Sequence record: NC_052652.1
DNA: 64,000 bases
Origin: Escherichia phage vB_EcoM_PHB05
Strand: one strand, 5' to 3'
In this document: piece by piece, positions 28,321 to 37,651 of the stretch
Numbering within the stretch: the stretch's first letter is position 1
Layout: every line of letters starts with the position of its first letter
The notes under the pieces: model-generated
Told to the model about the DNA's origin: nothing
The model's input: only the letters and a program-made list of their open reading frames with translations
Database searches by the model: none
Position numbers and translations under genes: made by a program

Positions 28321-28456
28321 TATCTTCCTCCTCTTCTTTTTCTTCCGTATGAACGAAACCTAAACCGTTACAATTCCAACAAGGAATAAATTGTTCCATA
28401 CTAACAATAAAATTCCCAGTGCCACCACAGACAGGACAAATACTTACATCATCCAT
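28310..28456 (-). CDS. small zinc-ribbon protein (48 aa)
   Basis: CPVCGG...CWNCNG pattern; overlaps start of downstream gene; below ORF-track cutoff. Confidence 0.3.
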   Translation of the reverse strand: MDDVSICPVCGGTGNFIVSMEQFIPCWNCNGLGFVHTEEKEEEEDNGN

Positions 28457-28458
28457 TA

Positions 28459-28665
28459 TTAAAGCTCCTCAATCTTTTCTAACATCTGTTTTAACTCATT
28501 CTCTGTTAACAGAATTTCTGTGATACCATCATAAGTTTCTACCATCAGAGTAAAACATTTTTCTCCATCCGAACACACAAAAGCGCCACCTTCATCTTCT
28601 GTTAAGTCAGAATTAATATCCACATCAACAAAATCAATCATCTTTTTCTCCTTTGATAATTTCAA
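28459..28665 (-). CDS. hypothetical protein
   Basis: 68-aa ORF. Confidence 0.4.
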   Translation of the reverse strand: MKLSKEKKMIDFVDVDINSDLTEDEGGAFVCSDGEKCFTLMVETYDGITEILLTENELKQMLEKIEEL

Positions 28666-28852
28666 ACTTGGCTACACCATTAACTATGATATGACCGCAA
28701 GACATAACTCCTAGCCAATGATCACCATTCTTTTTTAAACGTTTGCCGTAAACATCACAGAAACCATTCTGTAATTCGGAAGCCTCGTAAGAGGCTCCCT
28801 TTTCGAAAACGTCTTTGAAGTCAGAAATTAATCCAACACAAAGTAGTTTCAT
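28634..28852 (-). CDS. hypothetical protein
   Basis: 72-aa ORF. Confidence 0.4.
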   Translation of the reverse strand: MKLLCVGLISDFKDVFEKGASYEASELQNGFCDVYGKRLKKNGDHWLGVMSCGHIIVNGVAKFEIIKGEKDD

Positions 28853-29937
28853 TAAAAGTCTAACTCCTCGTCATCACTTACATCTTTATTTGCTGAATTC
28901 AGTTTGTAAGCTGTAATTTGGATCTCCTGTGCTGCTGCTTGAATTTGATCTGGGTTTAACCAAACATCCATCCAAGGCAGTGGACTTTTCTTCGGTGCAC
29001 GGAATTTGTGTTTCATTTTCAGTCTGCGATAGATAGGCGCAGCATTGAAGTAAACCCAAAGTTTGAACAACTCTGCGTTACCACCAACGATAACCCTTCC
29101 TTCACTAAACAGATAGTCACACCAATCTTCCTCTTGTCCAACTACCGTGTCAAGAATTTCTGTCAGAACGTCGATATTATCTTCGTATACTTTTCTCCAA
29201 ACAGGATCTTTCAGCAGTGCATCAATAATAGCATAATCCATTTTAACGTGCAATAGTTCATCCAACATAATTTTTTGAATGAGTTTAGCTGCACCTACAA
29301 ACAGTTGCTGCTCTGCTAAGGCAAATGTTGCAGCAAAAGAGGATATGAATTGAATGCCTTCCAGACCGATAAGTGCAATCATTCCTTTCAGGATCAGTAG
29401 ACGAAGGTTATCATCCTTCTCGATCAGACCTAGAGCATATTTATGTCCTGCCTCTGCCAGATCACTCATTACCTCTTCAACTATACCCATCCTCTGGAAG
29501 ATTCTTTCGTTCTCCATAATCTGATCGATAACTTCATTTGGATTAGGGATACACTGACGAATAATTTCAGAATATGTCAAAGCGTGTAAAACTTCCATTT
29601 CTGATTGCTTCATCATCATTGCACATGCTTCGTTGTTGCTTAAAAATGGTGCAAACAAAGTGATAATTGATTTAGCAAGTGAATCATTTTCCCATTGGAA
29701 AGATAGGTTTTTGATCATAACATCGTAGTTGCTTTTAGAACAAGCTACGAAATCTTTTCGTGTCTGATCTAAGTCTACTTCGTTTTCATCCCAATCTTGC
29801 TGTTTTTGTAGTTTGTACAGACGATGCATTTCTGGGTATGTTACATTAATAGAATCAAAAATACCTAACTGTTCTCCCAAAAATACAGGATAGAAACCTT
29901 CTTTGTAAGTGTCGTTGTATAAATTAATCGCTGCCAT
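28852..29937 (-). CDS. nrdB: ribonucleotide reductase small subunit (class Ia beta)
   Basis: Iron-ligand-type blocks EVLHALTYSE, GLEGIQFISSFAATFALAEQ, DELLHV; 361 aa. Confidence 0.85.
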   Translation of the reverse strand: MAAINLYNDTYKEGFYPVFLGEQLGIFDSINVTYPEMHRLYKLQKQQDWDENEVDLDQTRKDFVACSKSNYDVMIKNLSFQWENDSLAKSIITLFAPFLSNNEACAMMMKQSEMEVLHALTYSEIIRQCIPNPNEVIDQIMENERIFQRMGIVEEVMSDLAEAGHKYALGLIEKDDNLRLLILKGMIALIGLEGIQFISSFAATFALAEQQLFVGAAKLIQKIMLDELLHVKMDYAIIDALLKDPVWRKVYEDNIDVLTEILDTVVGQEEDWCDYLFSEGRVIVGGNAELFKLWVYFNAAPIYRRLKMKHKFRAPKKSPLPWMDVWLNPDQIQAAAQEIQITAYKLNSANKDVSDDEELDF

Positions 29938-30259
29938 TTAAATCCTCCACAATATCACACATTGCTTTTATTGTATCAATGTGTTTTCTCTCCATACCAT
30001 TCTCTATGTAAGCCTTCTCTAATGCGTTCCATACACTCTTTGTGAGTAGTACAGTAACCTCTCCATCATATCTTGCCCTGGTTAAAGCATACCAGGTAGC
30101 TTCTGGATCATTGGAAGCCCATATTTCAACACTGGAAAATTGAAAACCTGCAATATAATGACAACACCAATCGAATGTAAAATCTTTACTATCTACCAGT
30201 GTATAATTTCCCCAACGTCTTTGTGGGGTTGCCCCAGGTAATACAACTAATGTAGGCAT
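29924..30259 (-). CDS. hypothetical protein between nrdA and nrdB
   Basis: Start refined to ATG 30259 with AAGGAGGAAT RBS. Confidence 0.45.
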   Translation of the reverse strand: MPTLVVLPGATPQRRWGNYTLVDSKDFTFDWCCHYIAGFQFSSVEIWASNDPEATWYALTRARYDGEVTVLLTKSVWNALEKAYIENGMERKHIDTIKAMCDIVEDLNGSD

Positions 30260-30275
30260 ATTCCTCCTTAAGAAA

Positions 30276-30296
30276 GGGGGACAAAGCCCCCTAGTT
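30276..30296 (-). terminator. hairpin terminator/attenuator after nrdA
   Basis: GGGGGACAAAGCCCCC hairpin followed on - strand by TTTCTT. Confidence 0.5.
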
Positions 30297-30299
30297 TCA

Positions 30300-32561
30300 T
30301 TACATCTTACAAGCCTCACAACCAGATTCTTCATCTTCTTGAGCGAGTGAGGTTGCCGATTTTGTTCTACTATTTAGATAGTACAAAGATTTACCACCAA
30401 GTTTTGCAAACTGAAGGATATATTGCATTTCTGATTTAATGGATAAACGACCACCTTCCATCTTAGAATAGTCAATCCACTTATCACATGATGCACCTTG
30501 ATCTAAGAATTTAGTCAATAATCCATATGCTTCAGCCATATCTTTATCTGGCGTATCCCAAGCCGATTGGTAAATATCTTTTAGTTTATCATAGTCTGGC
30601 ACAATAAATAGGACATTACCTTTTTGGCTTTGTTTATAAACTATAGTATCACGTACAGGATACACAGAGTTAGTCGTATTACTTACGAGACTACTGGACT
30701 CATTCGGAGCAATAGCTGCTAATACACTATTTCGGATACCGCCTTGTGCAATGATATCTTGTCGTAAACCTTCCCAATCCATTTTAAGTTTAAAATTGCC
30801 AATATCGTCTACAGCTTTAGCGTAGGTATCAATAGGCAACCATCCTTCAGGCCATTTGGTTTTATGCATCCATTCTGCATTACCCTTCTCTTTTGCCAAA
30901 CGAAGAGAAGCTCTTGCTAACCAGTAATAATGCCTTTCTGCTAATTCGTGAATTAGTTTTTTGCCGTAAGGATCTGAATAAGTAACAAAATTACTTGCCA
31001 GATAATGTGCAAGGTTTGTAATACCTACACCGATAGACCTACGTGCTTTAGCAGTGATTTCGTTATGTTTAAACGGATACTGCATTGTTTCAATAACATT
31101 ATCAATAGTTAGAACTGTATAATATGCAACATCTTCATATTCTTCTGGTGTAACACGACCAGCTACAATAGAAGACAGGAAGCATAATGCCAATTCTTGA
31201 TCTTCTGTATTCTCACCTGTGAAAAGATCAGTCATATTGTGAAATGCTTTCGTAGGTAAGAAAATTTCTTGGCACAAGTTTGACTGATAAATAACATCCT
31301 TAAACGGAGTATGCCTATTAGCATTATCCGCAAAGAACATATAAATACGTCCTGTCTCTGCTCTTTGTGTAATAATTTCTGCCAGAAGATCTCGTGCTTT
31401 TACAAACTTCTTCTTAATACGTTTGCGACTAACTTTTTCATATACTTCTTCAAACTCTTCCTCGCTTTTATAAAGCGCCTCATAGAGTTCTGGTGCTTCG
31501 TCATAACTAACTAGCATCCAATCTTTACCTTTTGCTGCACGGCGCAGGAAAGCATTGTTTACTACGATAGAGTAATCAAGTTTATCTACTCGTTTTTCAC
31601 TAACAGTAGTTGGGTTTTTCAAACGTACCAGATCTTCAAAATCAGGTTCTAATATTGTAAACGTTACTGTTGCACTTCCACCACGACTTGCTTGTTTTGA
31701 TGCTCCAACACTTGTCTCCATCCATTTCAGATATGGTAAAAGACCACCGTGAACAATACGGTTGTTCTTAACACCTTGTCCTGTAGCACGGGTTTGGAGG
31801 TTAACACCAATACCTGCATTATTCAATGTATATTCATGCGCAAGATAGTTAGCAATTGCTAAAGATTCTGCTGTATCATCTGCTCTAAACAGACAACAAG
31901 AAGCACTACCTTTAATCTTAGTACGCAAAGTTGTTAAATAAGGCGATGGTAAATTAATCTTAAGATCACTTACGTAGGTATATAGACGTTTAATGTCTTC
32001 TACTCTGCGATCTTTTGGTTGGATTTCCATTACCTTCATTGCTACACCAATGAATAAAAACTGTGGTGATTCAAAAACAACATCATTGATCGCATCTTTC
32101 ACAAGATACTTATCAACCATCTGGCGCAGTACGGAATAACCATAAGTTAGGTTTTTATCGTGATTGACAATTTTACCAATCTCAATAATTTCTTCTTCTG
32201 TATAATCCATTTTTCCCCAATAGCCTTTACTTACAGACATATTGTAGAAATCCAGGAGGGAGGGGATATTGTGATATCCCCCATGAGCCTGTTTATAAAT
32301 CATACCAAGAAGTAACCGACCTGCCATATCACTATATGCCTGATCTTTCTTATCAATACATGCTGCTATCATAGCTTTATGTAAATCACGAGTAGGCACA
32401 CCGTCGTAACAACGTTTAACAGCTTCAAGTTCAATTTCAGACCAATTTAATTTACCAGCAGCAAACTCTGACCATTTACGAAGTTTTTCTGGATTAAATT
32501 CTTCTTTCTTGCCGTTTGTTTTTGTTACATAACGGATAGATTTGCTTAGATACTGAGTCAC
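30300..32561 (-). CDS. nrdA: ribonucleotide reductase large subunit (class Ia alpha)
   Basis: 753 aa, N-terminal ATP-cone-like region, C-terminal CEAC redox tail, adjacent nrdB. Confidence 0.9.
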   Translation of the reverse strand: MTQYLSKSIRYVTKTNGKKEEFNPEKLRKWSEFAAGKLNWSEIELEAVKRCYDGVPTRDLHKAMIAACIDKKDQAYSDMAGRLLLGMIYKQAHGGYHNIPSLLDFYNMSVSKGYWGKMDYTEEEIIEIGKIVNHDKNLTYGYSVLRQMVDKYLVKDAINDVVFESPQFLFIGVAMKVMEIQPKDRRVEDIKRLYTYVSDLKINLPSPYLTTLRTKIKGSASCCLFRADDTAESLAIANYLAHEYTLNNAGIGVNLQTRATGQGVKNNRIVHGGLLPYLKWMETSVGASKQASRGGSATVTFTILEPDFEDLVRLKNPTTVSEKRVDKLDYSIVVNNAFLRRAAKGKDWMLVSYDEAPELYEALYKSEEEFEEVYEKVSRKRIKKKFVKARDLLAEIITQRAETGRIYMFFADNANRHTPFKDVIYQSNLCQEIFLPTKAFHNMTDLFTGENTEDQELALCFLSSIVAGRVTPEEYEDVAYYTVLTIDNVIETMQYPFKHNEITAKARRSIGVGITNLAHYLASNFVTYSDPYGKKLIHELAERHYYWLARASLRLAKEKGNAEWMHKTKWPEGWLPIDTYAKAVDDIGNFKLKMDWEGLRQDIIAQGGIRNSVLAAIAPNESSSLVSNTTNSVYPVRDTIVYKQSQKGNVLFIVPDYDKLKDIYQSAWDTPDKDMAEAYGLLTKFLDQGASCDKWIDYSKMEGGRLSIKSEMQYILQFAKLGGKSLYYLNSRTKSATSLAQEDEESGCEACKM

Positions 32562-32572
32562 TTCCTCTCCTA

Positions 32573-32833
32573 TTAATTGTGCATGTTTAGAACATCTACA
32601 TCATAACCGCCACGCATCTCATTATATAAGCCATTTGCGTATAGAAAACCTTCAAAATGATCTATACCTTCAAAACCTTTTGCCTTTGCTTTGCGGTCTG
32701 CTTCTTGTCTTTTTGGGGATAATCTTTTAGATGTATCAAGGATAACTGTTACATTGCAACCTAATGTTTCATCAAAATAGACTTCAATTTCACAGCCTTC
32801 ATATTTATTACTTTCTGTCATTTGGCCTCTCAA
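32573..32833 (-). CDS. hypothetical protein
   Basis: 86-aa ORF. Confidence 0.45.
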   Translation of the reverse strand: MRGQMTESNKYEGCEIEVYFDETLGCNVTVILDTSKRLSPKRQEADRKAKAKGFEGIDHFEGFLYANGLYNEMRGGYDVDVLNMHN

Positions 32834-33244
32834 TTAGAATTCAGAATCATCATCTCGTGATGGATCATGTTCATTTCCGAAGTCTTCCATTTTGATATGA
32901 GAGCTACCCCAACCTGTAAAATCTTCTTCTCCAAAGTGCAAAATATCTACACCTTGATAGATTCGCTTATATTTATAGTCTTGTCGAACTGGGAAAGTAT
33001 ACAATGTAGTATTTGCAAACACCACACGTCGATTGTTGTTACTACGAATATTAACACCACGTTCTACTGTATAATGTCCATCGGTAGACATACCAAGCAT
33101 TACTAATGCTGCTCGCAATGTGGTGTTATGATACTCGTGAGGAATTTTTCCTCCGTGTTTTTTAGCCATTTCTTTCCAGATCGGTGTAGCCTTAATGGTA
33201 GACATACTTACGGTCGCCCAAATGGTTGTATTAATTAGTGACAT
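32834..33244 (-). CDS. hypothetical protein
   Basis: 136-aa ORF. Confidence 0.5.
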   Translation of the reverse strand: MSLINTTIWATVSMSTIKATPIWKEMAKKHGGKIPHEYHNTTLRAALVMLGMSTDGHYTVERGVNIRSNNNRRVVFANTTLYTFPVRQDYKYKRIYQGVDILHFGEEDFTGWGSSHIKMEDFGNEHDPSRDDDSEF

Positions 33245-33341
33245 AAATTCTCCTTCTCTCTTTTAAGGAGAGCATAGCTCTCCTAACGTTAGCCTATACT
33301 ACACGAATCTCAATTAAAAGTCAACTATAATTTTAAGTTGA

Positions 33342-34313
33342 TCACCATTTTGTATGGTTCGTCAAAAGTTGACGATGTTGAATCCAACCACAGAAGTTTC
33401 CACTCCACAAACGATGTTTACGATCCATATGTGTAATACCTTCTTCCCAAGAGGAAGGGAACGGAGGAATATTAATACCACCTTTCTGTTGTTTTAATCC
33501 TGACAAATCCATTTCTTTCATTGGCGTTGCCTGGTGTTCAAACGGAGATGCATGTACCTTTTGTCCAGACAGCAAACGAGAATAGATATCCAATGCTTTA
33601 TCTTTAGTATCATTCAACTTACGATAACTTACCTGAGCGCAACAAGAAGCTGAAATAGCTTTTGCTTCATCTTCTGTCAACATTTTCTCGTTGGAGAAGG
33701 TTTCACCCAAGAAATAACGGATCATACCAGTTTCTGGATCTCGATCACGATTAACGTAAGGTGTATGCCATTCTCCTGGGAAAAGAAGATATGGTTCAGA
33801 AGATTCATACAGCTTTTTAATTTCTTTAGCAAGAGCCTCAATAGTAGGATCTGCATCAGCATCTACGCGCAACCACAAGAAGTTTTCTAGCTCTGTAGTG
33901 GTTACTACAGTCTTCATACGCTGAAATGGTTCTAGTAGGCGGTTTGCAACCTGTTTATGATAACCAGCAAGGGCAAACTCTTCTGCAAAACGTGCAGCAC
34001 TTAGTGCAGCCAAGTCCCACCATTCTTTTGCAGTATAACCTGCATCAATCAGGGCATCGTGATCTGTGCCTTTATCTTGCATACCTGGTTGGTTAGCACC
34101 AAAACGATAAGGACGTGCTGGAGATTGCCGTACCATTTCAATTAGAGTTTTAACAGGGATAGCTCGACTTGATGCAGCATTACGAGAAAACAAACGATGC
34201 GTCATCAATTCAGAGTGAATGATTCGAGGATATTCAAGTTCAAAGGTAACAATATCCTTACCTTCGGATGTTTGAGAGTGTGCAATAATTTTTGCTGAAA
34301 TAGAATTCGTCAT
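33342..34313 (-). CDS. thyX: flavin-dependent thymidylate synthase
   Basis: ThyX signature HSELMTHRLFSRNAASSRAIP (RHR-x7-S). Confidence 0.85.
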   Translation of the reverse strand: MTNSISAKIIAHSQTSEGKDIVTFELEYPRIIHSELMTHRLFSRNAASSRAIPVKTLIEMVRQSPARPYRFGANQPGMQDKGTDHDALIDAGYTAKEWWDLAALSAARFAEEFALAGYHKQVANRLLEPFQRMKTVVTTTELENFLWLRVDADADPTIEALAKEIKKLYESSEPYLLFPGEWHTPYVNRDRDPETGMIRYFLGETFSNEKMLTEDEAKAISASCCAQVSYRKLNDTKDKALDIYSRLLSGQKVHASPFEHQATPMKEMDLSGLKQQKGGINIPPFPSSWEEGITHMDRKHRLWSGNFCGWIQHRQLLTNHTKW

Positions 34314-34322
34314 TATTTCTCC

Positions 34323-34913
34323 TTAAGGTAGTAAAATACTTTCAATTTCTTCCCACTGATTATCTAAACCAGTGATAATTACATTAGGAAGTTTCTTTAA
34401 CTCTTCCAAATATGGATCTTCGTAAATAGTGTTGAAATATATTTTCAACGTTTCATCTGGAAACAGAACAAGATTTTCAGCCCTATCGTCAATAGTTACA
34501 TCGCAAGGTAATAAGTATTTTTCTTTTGTTGCGAAAAAACCATTACCAGATGTTCTACTAAAATCCACTTTATCTAAAGATCGTGTTACGTGTCTATATT
34601 TAGAACTAAGGTGTCCACCCTTAGTGTGACTCGCTATAGATATATTAGCTCCATTTGCAATTATACGATGAACAACATCTGTACTATTAGGTACTACTCC
34701 CATAGTATCATATAGATGTTGGTTATCCCAAAAAGAGTAAGGATCTACACCAAATTGCTTTTTAAAATCAGGGAAATATTTCGTAATATCATAGTGCACA
34801 GTTTTATGTGTCTTATCAAATTTGATATTAGATCTACTTACCGCATTTAACCAATTTAACCATTCTATATCCGCTGGAGCTATTACTAAATCCCAATCAC
34901 ATACTAGACGCAT
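34323..34913 (-). CDS. hypothetical protein (possible HAD-like phosphatase)
   Basis: Start refined to ATG 34913 with AGGAG RBS; N-terminal LVCDWDLVI weakly resembles HAD motif I. Confidence 0.4.
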   Translation of the reverse strand: MRLVCDWDLVIAPADIEWLNWLNAVSRSNIKFDKTHKTVHYDITKYFPDFKKQFGVDPYSFWDNQHLYDTMGVVPNSTDVVHRIIANGANISIASHTKGGHLSSKYRHVTRSLDKVDFSRTSGNGFFATKEKYLLPCDVTIDDRAENLVLFPDETLKIYFNTIYEDPYLEELKKLPNVIITGLDNQWEEIESILLP

Positions 34914-35460
34914 TATTTCTCCTGTTATAACATTTTCTACACATTGTTTCGTAAATGTCTTCTCCTCCAATAACAATCTGTTCTTTAGAGTCGATAAGTC
35001 TAGCATTGAAAATAGCTTTTCTTCCACATTTACAAATGCTTTTCAATTCTGTAATTGAATCTGCTATGGCTAATAACCGTTCAGAACCTTCAAACAATTC
35101 TGTAGCAAAATCTGTTTTAAGTCCATAGCAGAATACAGGAATATCGTAATTATCTACCACATCTCCAAGAATGTCAACCATATCTTTAGTTAGGAATTGT
35201 GATTCATCCACAAATACTGCATCTACTGGATTTTCTTTAAGTTGTGTATAAATTTCCAGCATATCTTCTTTTGTTTTAACTGGTTTTGCTTCCTCTTTAA
35301 TACCTATCCTGGAAGCAATAGCACCACCAGATCTGGTATCTAAAGCTGAAGTTAAAAGAAGAACTTTCATATTTCTTTCTTTATAGTTCCAAGCTGTTTG
35401 TAGAAGATGTGTGCTTTTACCACTGTTCATCGGACTATATCGGAAATAAAGTTTAGCCAT
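34897..35460 (-). CDS. tdk: thymidine kinase
   Basis: P-loop SPMNSGKST, VDESQF, C-terminal Cys cluster CKCG...CRKCY. Confidence 0.85.
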   Translation of the reverse strand: MAKLYFRYSPMNSGKSTHLLQTAWNYKERNMKVLLLTSALDTRSGGAIASRIGIKEEAKPVKTKEDMLEIYTQLKENPVDAVFVDESQFLTKDMVDILGDVVDNYDIPVFCYGLKTDFATELFEGSERLLAIADSITELKSICKCGRKAIFNARLIDSKEQIVIGGEDIYETMCRKCYNRRNNASSM

Positions 35461-35505
35461 ATTTTCTCCTCTAACGCTCCCATTTGTGGGAGCGATAATA
35501 CTTTA

Positions 35506-36081
35506 TTATTTCTCTTCGTCAAGAAGAATTTTTACTATTTGTTTTCTTCGCTTACTTACTGTACTTTCTGGTGAAATTCCGCGCTTCGTTAGCCAATTTT
35601 TATCCTTTTTAGACTGGCATAAAGCTATCGCTTCCTTCTCCGCTTTTGCTTCCCTGAATGTCATATCGTGCTTGTCAGCATAAGCTAGGATAGCGTTACA
35701 CTGCTTACAAACTACACGCAGGTCGTCTTCTGTTACATACAATAGGCGTAAAACAAAACTTGGGATATCTTCATAACAGGTTAATGTACCTGCTGCATTA
35801 ATATGGTCTACTTGAAAGTCTTTCATACCTCCTGTATGTCCACACAATTCACATTTACAATTCCAAACCTGTTTAGGTTTGCCTGTTTTCTTATCTAAAA
35901 CTACATTGCCATCTTTGTCCAACCTATCGGCTTTAAATCGTACAGATTGGATCTTTTTTATCTTATTCGGGTGTCTCACCCATGCTTTCCTTAAGCAGCC
36001 CCTTAAATATGTATAAAAGGCTGCTTGAGTTTTCCAAGGTGTTCCATCTCCCCAAATAACTTTAGGTTCTTTATTTTCCAA
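35506..36081 (-). CDS. HNH endonuclease
   Basis: CELCGHTGG...DHINAAG...CKQCNAILAYADKH pattern (C..C..H..N..H). Confidence 0.65.
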   Translation of the reverse strand: MENKEPKVIWGDGTPWKTQAAFYTYLRGCLRKAWVRHPNKIKKIQSVRFKADRLDKDGNVVLDKKTGKPKQVWNCKCELCGHTGGMKDFQVDHINAAGTLTCYEDIPSFVLRLLYVTEDDLRVVCKQCNAILAYADKHDMTFREAKAEKEAIALCQSKKDKNWLTKRGISPESTVSKRRKQIVKILLDEEK

Positions 36082-36265
36082 TAGTGCTCACCTTTTTAGC
36101 TACATAATCTCCAGGTGGAATGTTATATTTAAAGAAAAGCATACGGTCTAAACCAGCCTTACACATGTTTTCTGGGATTGTGATTGTATATAGGAGTTTA
36201 TCTCCACGTTTATTGTATATTTTATATACTTCACCCTCTCCGTATTGTTTACCGTGAGAAGCCAT
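36071..36265 (-). CDS. hypothetical protein
   Basis: 64-aa ORF. Confidence 0.35.
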   Translation of the reverse strand: MASHGKQYGEGEVYKIYNKRGDKLLYTITIPENMCKAGLDRMLFFKYNIPPGDYVAKKVSTIGK

Positions 36266-36650
36266 CTACACTCTCCTTCAATTGTTCAATAGCATCTGCT
36301 GCTTCAATATACTTACCTTTATACATTGCTTTTAAAGCCTTACGAACAAGATCATCGTCCGTGTATAAATCAATTAGCTGATTAGCTAACTCAATTTTTA
36401 CAGGATTTTTTAAGTTAGGGTAGGCTTCATACAACATATTGTAATATTTATCACTCAATTCTTTTTCAATATGAATAACGTGAATCGCTTTGTTTAGGTT
36501 GATCACACGATCACCTTTGTTTCGACAAGCATACTTAGCTAACTTAGTGAAACAAGGAGTTGCACCAATTAGATATGCAAGTTCCAAAGGTTGCATACGC
36601 ATACGTTTGTAGTGATCACCATCAATTTGAATATCCAGTGCTGTAGTCAT
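36249..36650 (-). CDS. hypothetical protein
   Basis: 133-aa ORF. Confidence 0.5.
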   Translation of the reverse strand: MTTALDIQIDGDHYKRMRMQPLELAYLIGATPCFTKLAKYACRNKGDRVINLNKAIHVIHIEKELSDKYYNMLYEAYPNLKNPVKIELANQLIDLYTDDDLVRKALKAMYKGKYIEAADAIEQLKESVDGFSR

Positions 36651-36664
36651 AAATCCTCCAAAAA

Positions 36665-36688
36665 TAAAGGGGCTTTCGCCCCTTTTTA
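36665..36688 (-). terminator. rho-independent terminator (GGGGCTTTCGCCCC family)
   Basis: AAAGGGGCTTTCGCCCCTTTTTATT hairpin with T-runs both sides. Confidence 0.6.
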
Positions 36689-37651
36689 TTAAATTCCAAT
36701 AACAGTGTTTACACGCTTCTCTTTGCTACGCAAATTAACACGTCCACGAGACAGGCTATTACATGATGTGCATCTTAGCACTTGGAATGTACTAACCGCT
36801 GTTGTGTAAACCTTACCAGGAACAACTTCAAGGTGCTCTTTACCGCAACGAGGACAACGAAGTTTTTCATCGTCATAGAATGCAGATACGTTAGGATGTT
36901 GTGGAATCCACGCACGAAGTTTGATGTAAAGATCTCTAAGAGAAACAACATCACCATCGTTGTATGTTTGCATACGGAAGAAGGCGTGTCTGTCTCCTTC
37001 ACAACATGCTTTCCACAAAGGAAAACCTTCATTATCAAGTTTAAAGTTTTCTGTATCAAAATACAAACACATTTCTTTAAGCGCATTAGAAGGTAGTGCA
37101 AACTGCTTCTTAGCTGCCTTGAGTGTATCAATTACAACATAGTGTGATGGTGGCTCCATACCGTGAAAAGCAAAACGTTGGTTAATATAAGCCTTATCAA
37201 ACTTAATACCGTTGTGCGCGATCACAATATCTGCATCGTCAAGCAAGTGCCACAGATCTTGACATAATTCCCAATCATCTGTATGATCTATGTCAAACAG
37301 AGGGTAATTGCTAAGGTTCTTACCTTCTACTTCTCCTGTTTCTAAATCAGCAGATGAATAGGAAAGCAAGTAACCTCGACGAATAACTTGTTCAGGTGCA
37401 ATAAAGGCTTTGAAACGTGAGAAGCTATACACAATCTCCGGTGCTGTCTCTACGTCAATAATTTTAATTACTGGCCCACCTTTATCTTGCGGAGCACCGC
37501 GATGTGGTGAATTTACACGAGCTAAGTAATCATTTACTGTGCTCTTCTTAGTAGAACTTCCCAACACCTCTTGTGCAATCTTACGCGAAGAATAACCTTG
37601 TGCTTTCATAGATACAATCAAGGCTTTCTGTTCGTCTGTTAATTTACTCAA
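36689..37651 (-). CDS. DnaQ-like 3'-5' exonuclease (DEDD) with N-terminal HTH and C-terminal zinc finger
   Basis: Exo I IIDVETAP, Exo II IVIAHNGIKFD, Exo III YNDGDVV; CPRCG...CTSCN. Confidence 0.7.
   Translation of the reverse strand: MSKLTDEQKALIVSMKAQGYSSRKIAQEVLGSSTKKSTVNDYLARVNSPHRGAPQDKGGPVIKIIDVETAPEIVYSFSRFKAFIAPEQVIRRGYLLSYSSADLETGEVEGKNLSNYPLFDIDHTDDWELCQDLWHLLDDADIVIAHNGIKFDKAYINQRFAFHGMEPPSHYVVIDTLKAAKKQFALPSNALKEMCLYFDTENFKLDNEGFPLWKACCEGDRHAFFRMQTYNDGDVVSLRDLYIKLRAWIPQHPNVSAFYDDEKLRCPRCGKEHLEVVPGKVYTTAVSTFQVLRCTSCNSLSRGRVNLRSKEKRVNTVIGI

Noticed and set aside
31311-31514. 67-aa + strand ORF inside nrdA
   Set aside because: Antisense to the RNR large subunit; AT-rich antisense frames commonly stay open.
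36775-37142. Overlapping ORFs (both strands) inside the DnaQ-like exonuclease gene
   Set aside because: Alternative frames of a gene with clear Exo I-III motifs; no independent start signals.
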